DNA of 64,000 bases, taken from NCBI RefSeq assembly GCF_050920415.1, contig NZ_CP169309.1; one strand, 5' to 3'. Position numbers and translations under genes: made by a program. Below, piece after piece: positions 21,246 to 31,759 of this stretch; within the stretch, counting starts at the first letter, position 1, and each line of letters starts with the position of its first letter. This DNA comes from Escherichia coli. Lineage in GTDB: Bacteria > Pseudomonadota > Gammaproteobacteria > Enterobacterales > Enterobacteriaceae. The notes below the pieces were generated by a model, which saw nothing but the letters and a program-made list of their open reading frames with translations, was not told the origin of the DNA and did no database searches.

Positions 21246-22496
21246 ATGGATATAATGAGAAGTTTGGTGGGTATGGTGGTATTGCTGGCAATTGCATTCT
21301 TATTGTCAGTGAATAAAAAAGGTATCAGCATACGCACGGTCGGGGCTGCATTGCTGCTGCAAATCGCTATTGGTGGCATTATGCTCTACTTCCCACCGGG
21401 AAAATGGGCAGTAGAGCAGGCGGCATTAGGCGTGCATAAAGTGATGTCTTACAGTGATGCCGGTAGCGCCTTCATTTTTGGTTCGCTGGTTGGGCCGAAA
21501 ATGGATGTCCTGTTTGATGGCGCGGGCTTTATCTTCGCCTTTCGCGTACTTCCGGCAATTATTTTCGTCACAGCGCTCATCAGCCTGCTGTACTACATTG
21601 GCGTGATGGGGCTGCTAATCCGCATTCTTGGCAGTATTTTTCAGAAAGCCCTCAACATCAGCAAAATCGAATCTTTTGTTGCGGTTACCACTATTTTCCT
21701 CGGGCAAAATGAGATCCCGGCGATCGTTAAACCGTTTATCGATCGCATGAATCGCAACGAGCTATTTACGGCAATTTGTAGCGGGATGGCGTCCATTGCC
21801 GGTTCGATGATGATTGGTTATGCCGGAATGGGCGTACCAATTGACTACCTGTTAGCGGCATCGCTGATGGCGATCCCTGGTGGTATTTTGTTTGCACGTA
21901 TTCTTAGCCCAGCCACCGAGCCTTCGCAGGTGACATTTGAAAATCTGTCGTTCAGCGAAACGCCGCCAAAAAGTTTTATCGAAGCGGCGGCGAGCGGTGC
22001 GATGACCGGGTTGAAAATCGCCGCTGGTGTGGCGACGGTGGTAATGGCGTTTGTGGCAATTATTGCGCTGATCAACGGCATTATCGGCGGAATTGGTGGC
22101 TGGTTTGGTTTTTCCAATGCCTCTCTGGAAAGTATTTTTGGCTATGTGCTGGCACCGCTGGCGTGGATCATGGGCGTGGACTGGAGTGATGCCAACCTTG
22201 CGGGTAGTCTGATTGGGCAGAAACTGGCGATTAACGAATTCGTCGCTTACCTGAGTTTCTCCCCATACCTGCAAACGGGCGGCACGCTGGAAGTGAAAAC
22301 CATTGCGATTATCTCCTTTGCGCTTTGTGGTTTTGCTAACTTTGGTTCTATCGGTGTAGTCGTTGGGGCGTTTTCGGCTATTTCGCCAAAACGCGCGCCG
22401 GAAATCGCCCAGCTTGGGTTACGGGCGCTGGCAGCAGCAACGCTTTCCAACCTGATGAGCGCGACCATTGCCGGGTTCTTTATTGGTTTAGCTTGA
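21246..22496 (+). CDS. psuT: Nucleoside (pseudouridine) transporter, NupC/CNT family
   Basis: 416 aa multi-TM; close paralogue of nupX at 24436. Confidence 0.9.
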   Translation: MDIMRSLVGMVVLLAIAFLLSVNKKGISIRTVGAALLLQIAIGGIMLYFPPGKWAVEQAALGVHKVMSYSDAGSAFIFGSLVGPKMDVLFDGAGFIFAFRVLPAIIFVTALISLLYYIGVMGLLIRILGSIFQKALNISKIESFVAVTTIFLGQNEIPAIVKPFIDRMNRNELFTAICSGMASIAGSMMIGYAGMGVPIDYLLAASLMAIPGGILFARILSPATEPSQVTFENLSFSETPPKSFIEAAASGAMTGLKIAAGVATVVMAFVAIIALINGIIGGIGGWFGFSNASLESIFGYVLAPLAWIMGVDWSDANLAGSLIGQKLAINEFVAYLSFSPYLQTGGTLEVKTIAIISFALCGFANFGSIGVVVGAFSAISPKRAPEIAQLGLRALAAATLSNLMSATIAGFFIGLA

Positions 22497-22504
22497 GTTT
22501 CATT

Positions 22505-22540
22505 GCCGGATGTACGCGCTTATTAAGCGTTGCATCCGGT
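22505..22540. repeat. REP-like palindromic element
   Basis: gccggatg...catccgg palindrome between convergent psuT and yeiL. Confidence 0.6.
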
Positions 22541-22566
22541 AATCACGTACTATTCCAGATTATTTT

Positions 22567-23226
22567 TTACTGCATCATCCCGGAGAATTTATTCTCCGGG
22601 TCCATCTCCAGCGCCAGCCCTAACAACTGCTTTCTGTTTTTAATCAGATACCCTTTCTTGCTTTTAATTAATAAACCGTCATGAATGAATTGCGCGAGAA
22701 CATATAAAAGATGTCGATAAGAAACGCCCAAATACTCTGCCGCTTGCGTATGCTTTTCGTGATAAAGATCACCTTCCTGCGAGAGTAATATAAAAGCTGC
22801 CAGGCGATTCACTAACGGAAATGATTGATTCTGAGTTAAAGAAACAATATTACGATAATTTTTATGACTTAAGGTGACGCAGAGTTTTCGTAAAAATAGC
22901 GTGTCGTTTAATAACAGCGGACGGTAATGTTTCATGGGGAGTGCAAGGCACCAACACTCTTCAATCGCCTGTACCGCTCGTGGTTCATGATCTTTATCGA
23001 TTAACTCAATCTCGCCAATAAAACAGGGTGCAGCAAAGAAATCAATCAGCGACACGCGACCATTAGCAAGCGTGGCGTAAAGCCTGGCGCGGCCTCGCGT
23101 CAGGTAAAACAGCCATGACGGCTGTTGCCCTTCCTGCACAATGTAGTCACGCGCTAAAAAATGAAACAGCCGTGTATCGGCTGAAACATCCGTTGAAAAG
23201 CAATCCTTATACGCGGACTCACTCAT
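22567..23226 (-). CDS. yeiL: CRP/FNR-family transcriptional regulator
   Basis: ORF 22567..23265 trimmed to MSESAYKD start (219 aa). Confidence 0.85.
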   Translation of the reverse strand: MSESAYKDCFSTDVSADTRLFHFLARDYIVQEGQQPSWLFYLTRGRARLYATLANGRVSLIDFFAAPCFIGEIELIDKDHEPRAVQAIEECWCLALPMKHYRPLLLNDTLFLRKLCVTLSHKNYRNIVSLTQNQSFPLVNRLAAFILLSQEGDLYHEKHTQAAEYLGVSYRHLLYVLAQFIHDGLLIKSKKGYLIKNRKQLLGLALEMDPENKFSGMMQ

Positions 23227-23394
23227 CAATTGCTGCTTAAGATCATTATTGTGGATTTCTTTCACGATGTTTATCCGCTATGAGATTTCTCATATTTAGC
23301 ATACGTACGCTGTTGTTAAGATTCAATCATCGGCCCGGTCGAATTTTCTTTGCTGTAGAAAAAATAACGCAACTGGAAACAGAGGAAATAAACA

Positions 23395-24336
23395 ATGGAA
23401 AAGAGAAAAATTATTCTGGATTGTGATCCGGGTCATGATGATGCTATTGCCATAATGATGGCCGCGAAACATCCGGCGATTGATTTATTAGGTATCACTA
23501 TTGTGGCGGGGAATCAAACCCTCGATAAAACATTAATTAATGGTCTGAATGTTTGCCAGAAACTGGAGATTAACGTTCCGGTTTATGCGGGGATGCCGCA
23601 ACCCATTATGCGTCAACAAATCGTTGCTGATAATATTCACGGTGAAACCGGACTGGATGGCCCGGTATTCGAACCGCTGACCCGTCAGGCAGAAAACACC
23701 CATGCGGTGAAATATATCATCGATACCCTGATGGCAAGCGATGGCGATATCACTCTGGTGCCGGTTGGTCCGCTTTCAAATATCGCGGTGGCAATGCGTA
23801 TGCAGCCCGCAATCCTGCCGAAAATCCGTGAAATTGTGCTAATGGGCGGCGCTTACGGTACTGGCAACTTCACCCCATCTGCCGAGTTCAACATCTTTGC
23901 TGACCCGGAAGCGGCGCGAGTGGTGTTCACCTCCGGCGTTCCATTAGTGATGATGGGCCTCGATCTCACCAACCAGACCGTTTGCACTCCGGACGTGATT
24001 GCTCGGATGGAAAGGGCAGGCGGCCCTGCCGGAGAGTTGTTCAGCGACATCATGAACTTCACTCTGAAAACCCAGTTCGAAAACTACGGTCTGGCTGGCG
24101 GCCCGGTACATGACGCCACCTGTATCGGTTATCTGATTAACCCTGATGGCATTAAAACCCAGGAGATGTACGTCGACGTGGACGTTAACAGTGGCCCTTG
24201 TTACGGGCGTACCGTCTGCGACGAGCTGGGCGTTCTTGGCAAGCCCGCCAATACCAAAGTCGGCATCACTATTGATACCGACTGGTTCTGGGGATTAGTC
24301 GAAGAGTGCGTGCGCGGCTACATCAAAACCCATTAA
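23395..24336 (+). CDS. rihB: Pyrimidine-specific ribonucleoside hydrolase
   Basis: 313 aa; N-terminal DCDPGHDDA nucleoside-hydrolase motif. Confidence 0.95.
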   Translation: MEKRKIILDCDPGHDDAIAIMMAAKHPAIDLLGITIVAGNQTLDKTLINGLNVCQKLEINVPVYAGMPQPIMRQQIVADNIHGETGLDGPVFEPLTRQAENTHAVKYIIDTLMASDGDITLVPVGPLSNIAVAMRMQPAILPKIREIVLMGGAYGTGNFTPSAEFNIFADPEAARVVFTSGVPLVMMGLDLTNQTVCTPDVIARMERAGGPAGELFSDIMNFTLKTQFENYGLAGGPVHDATCIGYLINPDGIKTQEMYVDVDVNSGPCYGRTVCDELGVLGKPANTKVGITIDTDWFWGLVEECVRGYIKTH

Positions 24337-24435
24337 GTGTTGATAACAAGCCGGGACAGTATCGCAAGATGCAGGCCCGGCTATTTCTGATGGGCAGAAA
24401 GACGTCGCCCAAAATGACATGAAGAGATAATAACT

Positions 24436-25686
24436 ATGGATGTCATGAGAAGTGTTCTGGGAATGGTGGTATTGCTGGCAATTGCGTTTTTGCTGTCAGT
24501 AAACAAGAAGAAGATCAGCCTGCGTACCGTTGGCGCGGCGTTAGTGTTACAGCTCGTGATTGGCGGCATTATGCTTTGGTTACCACCAGGGCGTTGGGTC
24601 GCAGAAAAAGTCGCTTTTGGCGTCCATAAAGTGATGGCGTACAGCGATGCAGGTAGCGCTTTTATCTTCGGTTCTCTGGTCGGACCGAAAATGGACACCT
24701 TATTTGATGGCGCAGGATTTATCTTTGGTTTCAGGGTATTACCGGCAATTATCTTCGTCACTGCACTGGTGAGTATTCTCTACTACATCGGTGTAATGGG
24801 GATCTTAATTCGCATTCTCGGCGGTATCTTCCAGAAAGCGTTAAATATCAGCAAGATTGAGTCATTCGTCGCGGTCACTACCATTTTCCTCGGGCAAAAC
24901 GAAATTCCGGCAATCGTCAAACCCTTTATCGATCGTCTGAATCGCAATGAATTATTTACAGCGATTTGTAGCGGGATGGCCTCGATTGCTGGTTCGACAA
25001 TGATTGGTTACGCCGCACTGGGCGTGCCTGTGGAATATCTGCTGGCGGCATCGTTAATGGCGATCCCTGGCGGGATCTTGTTTGCCCGCATGTTAAGTCC
25101 GGCTACGGAATCTTCGCAGGTTTCCTTTAATAACCTCTCTTTCACCGAAACACCGCCAAAAAGCATTATTGAAGCCGCTGCTACAGGGGCAATGACCGGG
25201 CTGAAAATCGCTGCGGGTGTGGCGACAGTGGTGATGGCATTTGTCGCCATCATTGCGTTGATCAACGGTGTTATCGGCGGCGTTGGTGGCTGGTTTGGTT
25301 TTGAACATGCCTCGCTGGAGTCCATTTTAGGTTACCTGCTGGCCCCGCTGGCGTGGGTGATGGGTGTTGACTGGAGTGATGCGAATCTTGCCGGAAGTTT
25401 GATTGGACAGAAACTGGCGATTAATGAATTTGTCGCTTACCTCAATTTCTCACCTTATCTGCAAACAGCTGGCACTCTGGATGCTAAAACCGTGGCGATT
25501 ATTTCCTTCGCGTTGTGCGGTTTCGCTAACTTTGGTTCTATCGGGGTGGTGGTTGGCGCATTTTCTGCGGTTGCGCCACACCGTGCGCCGGAAATCGCCC
25601 AGCTTGGTTTACGCGCGCTGGCGGCGGCGACACTTTCTAATCTGATGAGTGCCACCATTGCAGGATTCTTTATTGGCTTAGCGTAG
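24436..25686 (+). CDS. nupX: Nucleoside transporter, NupC/CNT family
   Basis: 416 aa; high identity to psuT throughout. Confidence 0.9.
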   Translation: MDVMRSVLGMVVLLAIAFLLSVNKKKISLRTVGAALVLQLVIGGIMLWLPPGRWVAEKVAFGVHKVMAYSDAGSAFIFGSLVGPKMDTLFDGAGFIFGFRVLPAIIFVTALVSILYYIGVMGILIRILGGIFQKALNISKIESFVAVTTIFLGQNEIPAIVKPFIDRLNRNELFTAICSGMASIAGSTMIGYAALGVPVEYLLAASLMAIPGGILFARMLSPATESSQVSFNNLSFTETPPKSIIEAAATGAMTGLKIAAGVATVVMAFVAIIALINGVIGGVGGWFGFEHASLESILGYLLAPLAWVMGVDWSDANLAGSLIGQKLAINEFVAYLNFSPYLQTAGTLDAKTVAIISFALCGFANFGSIGVVVGAFSAVAPHRAPEIAQLGLRALAAATLSNLMSATIAGFFIGLA

Positions 25687-25700
25687 TGCGCGAGTTATGA

Positions 25701-25734
25701 GCCGGATAAGACGCGGTCAAGCGTCGAATCCGGC
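25701..25734. repeat. REP element
   Basis: gccggataagacgcg...cgtcgaatccggc between nupX and yeiI. Confidence 0.65.
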
Positions 25735-25741
25735 AAGATTG

Positions 25742-26830
25742 TTACACCATCGGCACTAATGAAAGCGCGTTATCGGCAGACAGGGTAGGGTTGTTTAAGC
25801 TGCCGCTGGCGCGTGAAATTGCCGCGCAGGCCATCGCAAAACGGGCACTATCACGGAAACTGCTTCCTTCCAGAAAGCTATACACCAGGCCCGCCATAAA
25901 ACCATCGTCAGCACCAAAACTGTCTACCGTCGTATGCGCTGGCGCAGTCAGCAAAAATTGTTCGCCATCCTTTTGGCTGCAATAAACAGACTCATCGGGC
26001 AAATAAACAAACAGTTGCTGAACGCCTTGCTGATGCAACGCATTCACTGCGGCATTACGATCAGCATCGCGGGTTATCGGCTGGCCCCATAAAATTTCCA
26101 GCTCCGGCAAAGTGGGTTTCAGAGTGTGAATATGCGCCAGCCAGTGTTTGATTTTGCCCGCTTTGAATTCTGAAACGGTATCGACAAACACCGGGATTTC
26201 ATCAGCGAGGGTAAAGACCCACTCCAGCGCCTCGGCTGTCAGGTTGCAATCAGCCAGTACCACGCCCGCATGACGAAGTAAATCGCGCGACCCGTTCAGT
26301 AGTTGCGGTGTCAACTGATCCAGCAGATGGGTATCGTTAATCGCCAGCACGGTTTGATCGTCTCGATTGGCAATTGCCAGATACGTCGATGTGCTTTGAC
26401 CATGTAAACGAACGCAGCCGGAGACATTCACGCCGGCGCGGCGCGTTTCTTCCAGGAGCATTTCGCCATAAAAGTCATCGCCAATCACTGAAAGCAAATG
26501 GACGTCGCGGCCTAACAGCGCCAGATTGTGGGCGATATTGCGTCCAACGCCGCCTGCCGAGCAATGAATTGTACCGGGATGAGAAGCCGCTTGCGGGTAA
26601 CGGATATCCGCCATCCCGCGAATATCCATATTGATTGTCCCCACCACTACGCAGTATTCCTGCTCGGTGAGAATGTAACCTTTGCCTTTAATCCGACCTT
26701 TGCGCATTAAATCCATAATATGCGCTGCAACACGCGAACGGCTGATTTGCAGCATATCCGCAATTTCGTTCTGCTGAATCAGCGGGTTACGCCTTAATAT
26801 TGCAAGGATCTCCTTCTCCCGGTTATTCAT
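25742..26830 (-). CDS. yeiI: HTH-domain plus PfkB-family sugar kinase
   Basis: 362 aa; N-terminal HTH, C-terminal carbohydrate kinase fold. Confidence 0.85.
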   Translation of the reverse strand: MNNREKEILAILRRNPLIQQNEIADMLQISRSRVAAHIMDLMRKGRIKGKGYILTEQEYCVVVGTINMDIRGMADIRYPQAASHPGTIHCSAGGVGRNIAHNLALLGRDVHLLSVIGDDFYGEMLLEETRRAGVNVSGCVRLHGQSTSTYLAIANRDDQTVLAINDTHLLDQLTPQLLNGSRDLLRHAGVVLADCNLTAEALEWVFTLADEIPVFVDTVSEFKAGKIKHWLAHIHTLKPTLPELEILWGQPITRDADRNAAVNALHQQGVQQLFVYLPDESVYCSQKDGEQFLLTAPAHTTVDSFGADDGFMAGLVYSFLEGSSFRDSARFAMACAAISRASGSLNNPTLSADNALSLVPMV

Positions 26831-26832
26831 CT

Positions 26833-27690
26833 TCAGGCTACCGCTTTTTCAGTTTGTTGCGCTTTCAGCCAGGCGATTTCTTCTGCCCAGATATCCGGGT
26901 TGATGGTTTCAAGGATCAGCGGAATACCGTCGAAACGGTCGTCCTGCATAATCCAGCGGAACGCATCGTGGCCGATATTGCCTTCACCGAGGCTATGATG
27001 ACGGTCAACGCGGCTGCCAAAGGTACTTTTCGCATCGTTAAGATGCATACCGCGTAGATACTTAAAGCCGACAATACGGGCAAAATCCGCGAACGTTTTC
27101 TCGCATTCGGCTGGAGTACGCAAATCATACCCGGCAGCGAAAGCATGGCAGGTATCAATGCAGACGCCGACGCGGGATTTATCTTCCACGCCGGCGATAA
27201 TCGCCGCGAGATGTTCGAATTTAAACCCTAAGTTGCTGCCCTGACCGGCGGTATTTTCAATCACCGCTGTCACACCTTGAGTTTTATCCAGCGCAATGTT
27301 GATGGATTCGGCAATACGCGCAAGGCAATCCTCTTCTGAAATCTGCATCAGATGGCTGCCAGGGTGGAAGTTGAGCAAAGAAAGCCCCAGCTGTTCGCAA
27401 CGCTGCATTTCATCTATAAACGCATCGCGCGATTTTTCCAGAGCTTCAGCGACCGGATGTCCGAGGTTAATCAGATAACTGTCGTGGGGAAGAATTTGCG
27501 CCGATGTGTAGTGATATTTTTCACAGGCGGCTTTGAATTCATCGATGGTTTGCGTCGTGAGCGGTGCGGCACGCCACTGACGTTGGTTTTTGGTGAACAA
27601 GGCAAACGCGGTTGCGTCGATTTCGGCGGCGCGAATTGCGGCATTTGCCAGACCGCCAGCAGCACTAACGTGCGCTCCAATGTATTTCAT
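26833..27690 (-). CDS. nfo: Endonuclease IV (AP endonuclease)
   Basis: 285 aa [13 protein letters not shown]... typical Nfo N-terminus. Confidence 0.95.
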   Translation of the reverse strand: MKYIGAHVSAAGGLANAAIRAAEIDATAFALFTKNQRQWRAAPLTTQTIDEFKAACEKYHYTSAQILPHDSYLINLGHPVAEALEKSRDAFIDEMQRCEQLGLSLLNFHPGSHLMQISEEDCLARIAESINIALDKTQGVTAVIENTAGQGSNLGFKFEHLAAIIAGVEDKSRVGVCIDTCHAFAAGYDLRTPAECEKTFADFARIVGFKYLRGMHLNDAKSTFGSRVDRHHSLGEGNIGHDAFRWIMQDDRFDGIPLILETINPDIWAEEIAWLKAQQTEKAVA

Positions 27691-27763
27691 GCGAGGACTC
27701 CTGTTAAACCCGCTGGAGGAAAACGGTAATGATAGCGGGTTAACAGGAGCAAGATGTAGTGGT

Positions 27764-28813
27764 TTATGCGATGACGCTTTGAATCACATAGTTAATCGCA
27801 CCACCACCAACAATCAGCCAGGCAAACAGTACCAGAGCCATCAGCAGAGGTTTCGCCCCGGCTTTTTTCAGCGCGCTGACGTGAGTGGTCAGACCCAGCG
27901 CCGCCATCGCCATTGCCAGCAGGAAAGTATCCAGCGTTACCAGCATATTCACTACGCTCTGCGGTAACAGGTGGAACGAGTTAAAGATGGCAACTACGAT
28001 GAACAATATGGCAAACCACGGAATAGTGATTTTGCTTTTCTCGCCGCTGTTCGCCCCAGACAGCTGTTTAACACGCGCCGCCAGCAGGATGAGGAACGGA
28101 GCCAGCATCATCACGCGCAGCATTTTGGAAATAACTGCTGCGTTTTCTGCATCCGGGCTGATGGCATGACCTGCCGCCACCACCTGCGCCACTTCGTGCA
28201 CAGTAGAACCAATGTAGATACCGAAAGTTTCCGGACTAAACCATTGAGACATCAGCGGATATATCGCCGGGTAGAGGAAAATCGCGACGGTCCCGAAGAT
28301 AACAACGGTTGCAACAGCCACGGTTACTTTACTGGCTTCCGCTTTCACTACCGGCTCAGTCGCCAGTACCGCGGCAGCACCACAGATACTGCTACCGGCA
28401 CCGATCAACCAGCTGGTGTGCTTATCCAGACCAAACACTTTCTGCCCCAGGAAACAAGCCAGCAGGAAGGTACTGGACAGCGTCAGCACGTCAATGATGA
28501 TCCCACTGATACCGACATCGGCAATTTGCGAGAACGTCAGACGGAAGCCATAAAGAATGATACCCAGACGTAATAAATATTGCTTGGCAAACAGCACGCC
28601 ACCGTCACAGCTTTTCCAGATGTGCGGATAGATGGTGTTGCCTAAAACCATCCCCAACAAGATTGCGAGGGTGAGGGCACTAAACCCGGCACCCGCAACC
28701 GCGGGAATGGAACCCCCCCACAGGGCGACCCCGGTGATAACTGCACTCAGGGCTAACCCCGGAATAAAATGCCACAGTGTACGATGTTGTTTCTGTAAGG
28801 TGATATTCGTCAT
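27764..28813 (-). CDS. yeiH: UPF0324-family inner membrane protein
   Basis: 349 aa multi-TM; divergent from LysR gene yeiE. Confidence 0.85.
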   Translation of the reverse strand: MTNITLQKQHRTLWHFIPGLALSAVITGVALWGGSIPAVAGAGFSALTLAILLGMVLGNTIYPHIWKSCDGGVLFAKQYLLRLGIILYGFRLTFSQIADVGISGIIIDVLTLSSTFLLACFLGQKVFGLDKHTSWLIGAGSSICGAAAVLATEPVVKAEASKVTVAVATVVIFGTVAIFLYPAIYPLMSQWFSPETFGIYIGSTVHEVAQVVAAGHAISPDAENAAVISKMLRVMMLAPFLILLAARVKQLSGANSGEKSKITIPWFAILFIVVAIFNSFHLLPQSVVNMLVTLDTFLLAMAMAALGLTTHVSALKKAGAKPLLMALVLFAWLIVGGGAINYVIQSVIA

Positions 28814-28911
28814 AACCCTCTCCTTTAACCGGGTATAAGGTTACGACTAACTGGTTTAAAAATAAAATTGATTATATATTTATAATCAATCTTTATAAGT
28901 GGTAAGCGACT

Positions 28912-29793
28912 ATGCACATCACCCTCCGGCAGTTGGAAGTTTTTGCAGAAGTATTGAAAAGTGGATCAACCACCCAAGCGTCGGTGATGCTGGCGTTGTC
29001 GCAATCAGCAGTGAGCGCAGCCTTGACTGACCTGGAAGGGCAGCTTGGCGTGCAACTGTTTGATCGCGTGGGGAAAAGACTGGTAGTTAATGAACACGGG
29101 CGGCTGCTCTATCCGCGAGCGTTGGCACTGCTTGAACAGGCGGTTGAAATCGAACAACTGTTTCGCGAAGACAACGGCGCGATTCGTATCTATGCCAGTA
29201 GTACTATCGGTAACTACATTCTGCCTGCAGTTATCGCCCGTTATCGCCATGATTATCCGCAGTTGCCGATTGAACTTAGCGTTGGGAACAGCCAGGACGT
29301 GATGCAAGCGGTGCTGGATTTCCGCGTTGATATTGGCTTTATTGAAGGCCCGTGCCACAGCACTGAAATCATCTCTGAACCGTGGCTGGAAGACGAACTG
29401 GTGGTTTTCGCCGCGCCGACTTCGCCGTTGGCTCGTGGTCCGGTCACCTTAGAGCAGCTGGCCGCTGCGCCGTGGATCCTGCGTGAACGCGGTTCCGGCA
29501 CGCGGGAGATTGTCGATTATCTGTTGCTGTCACATTTACCGAAGTTTGAGATGGCGATGGAGTTAGGTAACTCCGAGGCAATCAAACATGCGGTGCGTCA
29601 TGGATTGGGAATTAGTTGCCTGTCGCGACGGGTCATTGAAGATCAATTGCAGGCAGGCACGTTAAGTGAAGTTGCGGTCCCTCTGCCGCGCTTGATGCGC
29701 ACGTTGTGGCGTATCCATCATCGGCAAAAACACCTTTCCAACGCGCTTCGGCGCTTTCTGGACTATTGCGATCCCGCGAATGTACCGCGTTAA
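28912..29793 (+). CDS. yeiE: LysR-family transcriptional regulator
   Basis: 293 aa; N-terminal [14 protein letters not shown]. Confidence 0.9.
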
Positions 29794-29997
29794 GTTGCTG
29801 TACAAGAACATGCTGGTGCTGTGTCGATTTCGTGACGCAGCGCCCGCAGCATGCATTCGCCAGAAAAGAGATTGGCTGCTTTACTTATAATCCCGGGGCG
29901 ATCATGAAGGTGTCTTATAACCGTGTATTTCTGCCGGAAGGATTGCCAATCGTCTGCTACAATCGCGCCTCATTTTTAAGATGGATAGCATTTTTGT

Positions 29998-31467
29998 ATG
30001 GTTTCCGAAACTAAAACCACAGAAGCGCCGGGCTTACGCCGTGAATTAAAGGCGCGTCACCTGACGATGATTGCCATTGGCGGTTCCATCGGTACAGGTC
30101 TTTTTGTTGCCTCTGGCGCAACGATTTCTCAGGCAGGTCCGGGCGGGGCATTGCTCTCGTATATGTTGATTGGCCTGATGGTTTACTTCCTGATGACCAG
30201 TCTCGGTGAACTGGCCGCATATATGCCGGTTTCCGGTTCGTTTGCCACTTACGGTCAGAACTATGTTGAAGAAGGCTTTGGCTTCGCGCTGGGCTGGAAC
30301 TACTGGTACAACTGGGCGGTGACTATCGCCGTTGACCTGGTTGCTGCGCAGCTGGTTATGAGCTGGTGGTTCCCGGATACACCCGGTTGGATCTGGAGTG
30401 CGCTGTTCCTCGGCGTTATCTTCCTGCTGAACTACATTTCGGTCCGTGGCTTTGGTGAAGCAGAATACTGGTTCTCACTGATCAAGGTTACGACGGTTAT
30501 TGTCTTTATTGTTGTCGGCGTGCTGATGATTATCGGTATCTTCAAAGGCGCACAGCCTGCGGGCTGGAGCAACTGGACAATCGGCGAAGCACCATTTGCT
30601 GGTGGTTTTGCGGCAATGATCGGCGTGGCAATGATTGTCGGCTTCTCTTTCCAGGGAACCGAGCTGATCGGTATTGCTGCAGGCGAGTCCGAAGATCCGG
30701 CGAAAAACATTCCACGCGCGGTACGTCAGGTGTTCTGGCGAATCCTGTTGTTCTATGTGTTCGCGATCCTGATCATCAGCCTGATTATTCCGTACACCGA
30801 TCCGAGCCTGCTGCGTAATGATGTGAAAGACATCAGCGTCAGTCCGTTCACCCTGGTATTCCAACACGCGGGTCTGCTCTCTGCGGCGGCGGTGATGAAC
30901 GCTGTTATTCTGACGGCGGTGCTGTCAGCGGGTAACTCCGGTATGTATGCGTCTACTCGTATGTTGTACACCCTGGCGTGTGACGGTAAAGCGCCGCGCA
31001 TTTTCGCTAAATTGTCGCGTGGTGGCGTGCCGCGTAACGCGCTGTATGTGACGACGGTGATTGCCGGTCTGTGCTTCCTGACCTCGATGTTTGGTAACCA
31101 GACGGTATACCTGTGGTTGCTGAACACCTCTGGTATGACAGGCTTTATTGCCTGGCTGGGGATTGCGATTAGTCACTACCGCTTCCGTCGCGGTTACGTA
31201 TTGCAGGGACACGACATTAACGATCTGCCGTACCGTTCAGGCTTCTTCCCACTGGGGCCGATCTTCGCATTCATTCTGTGTCTGATTATTACTTTGGGCC
31301 AGAACTACGAAGCGTTCCTGAAAGACACCATTGACTGGGGCGGCGTAGCGGCAACATATATTGGTATCCCGCTGTTCCTGATTATCTGGTTCGGATACAA
31401 GCTGATTAAAGGAACTCGCTTCGTACGCTACAGCGAAATGAAGTTCCCGCAGAACGATAAGAAATAA
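29998..31467 (+). CDS. lysP: Lysine-specific permease (APC family)
   Basis: 489 aa 12-TM amino acid permease. Confidence 0.95.
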   Translation: MVSETKTTEAPGLRRELKARHLTMIAIGGSIGTGLFVASGATISQAGPGGALLSYMLIGLMVYFLMTSLGELAAYMPVSGSFATYGQNYVEEGFGFALGWNYWYNWAVTIAVDLVAAQLVMSWWFPDTPGWIWSALFLGVIFLLNYISVRGFGEAEYWFSLIKVTTVIVFIVVGVLMIIGIFKGAQPAGWSNWTIGEAPFAGGFAAMIGVAMIVGFSFQGTELIGIAAGESEDPAKNIPRAVRQVFWRILLFYVFAILIISLIIPYTDPSLLRNDVKDISVSPFTLVFQHAGLLSAAAVMNAVILTAVLSAGNSGMYASTRMLYTLACDGKAPRIFAKLSRGGVPRNALYVTTVIAGLCFLTSMFGNQTVYLWLLNTSGMTGFIAWLGIAISHYRFRRGYVLQGHDINDLPYRSGFFPLGPIFAFILCLIITLGQNYEAFLKDTIDWGGVAATYIGIPLFLIIWFGYKLIKGTRFVRYSEMKFPQNDKK

Positions 31468-31488
31468 GTTTCCTCCCTTCCTTGCTAA

Positions 31489-31513
31489 GCCCTCTCAACC
31501 GAGAGGGCTTTTT
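31489..31513 (+). terminator. Intrinsic terminator of lysP
   Basis: gccctctc-aacc-gagagggc hairpin followed by TTTTT. Confidence 0.75.
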
Positions 31514-31564
31514 CAATTCTATTTCCCTGACAAATCATGCGGATATAAATTTTAACATTTGGAT

Positions 31565-31590
31565 TGATAATTGTTATCGTTTGCATTATC
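31565..31590. promoter_or_regulatory. Fur box(es) in cirA promoter region
   Basis: gataattgttatcgtttgcattatcg resembles overlapping GATAATGATAATCATTATC Fur sites. Confidence 0.55.
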
Positions 31591-31759
31591 GTTACGCCGA
31601 AATCAAAAAAGGCTGACAAATCAGGGGCTGTTCCGGCTTTCTGGGATGATCACCTGCATACAAATAAGTCCACCGCGATGCTGCCGTACGCAAGGGGACG
31701 TGAAGAAGATGTGAGCGATAACCCATTTTATTTTCGTAGTTACCTCATGGAGATATGGA

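Noticed and set aside
27971-28573. 200-aa plus-strand ORF inside yeiH
   Set aside because: Antisense shadow ORF with Arg/His-rich composition.
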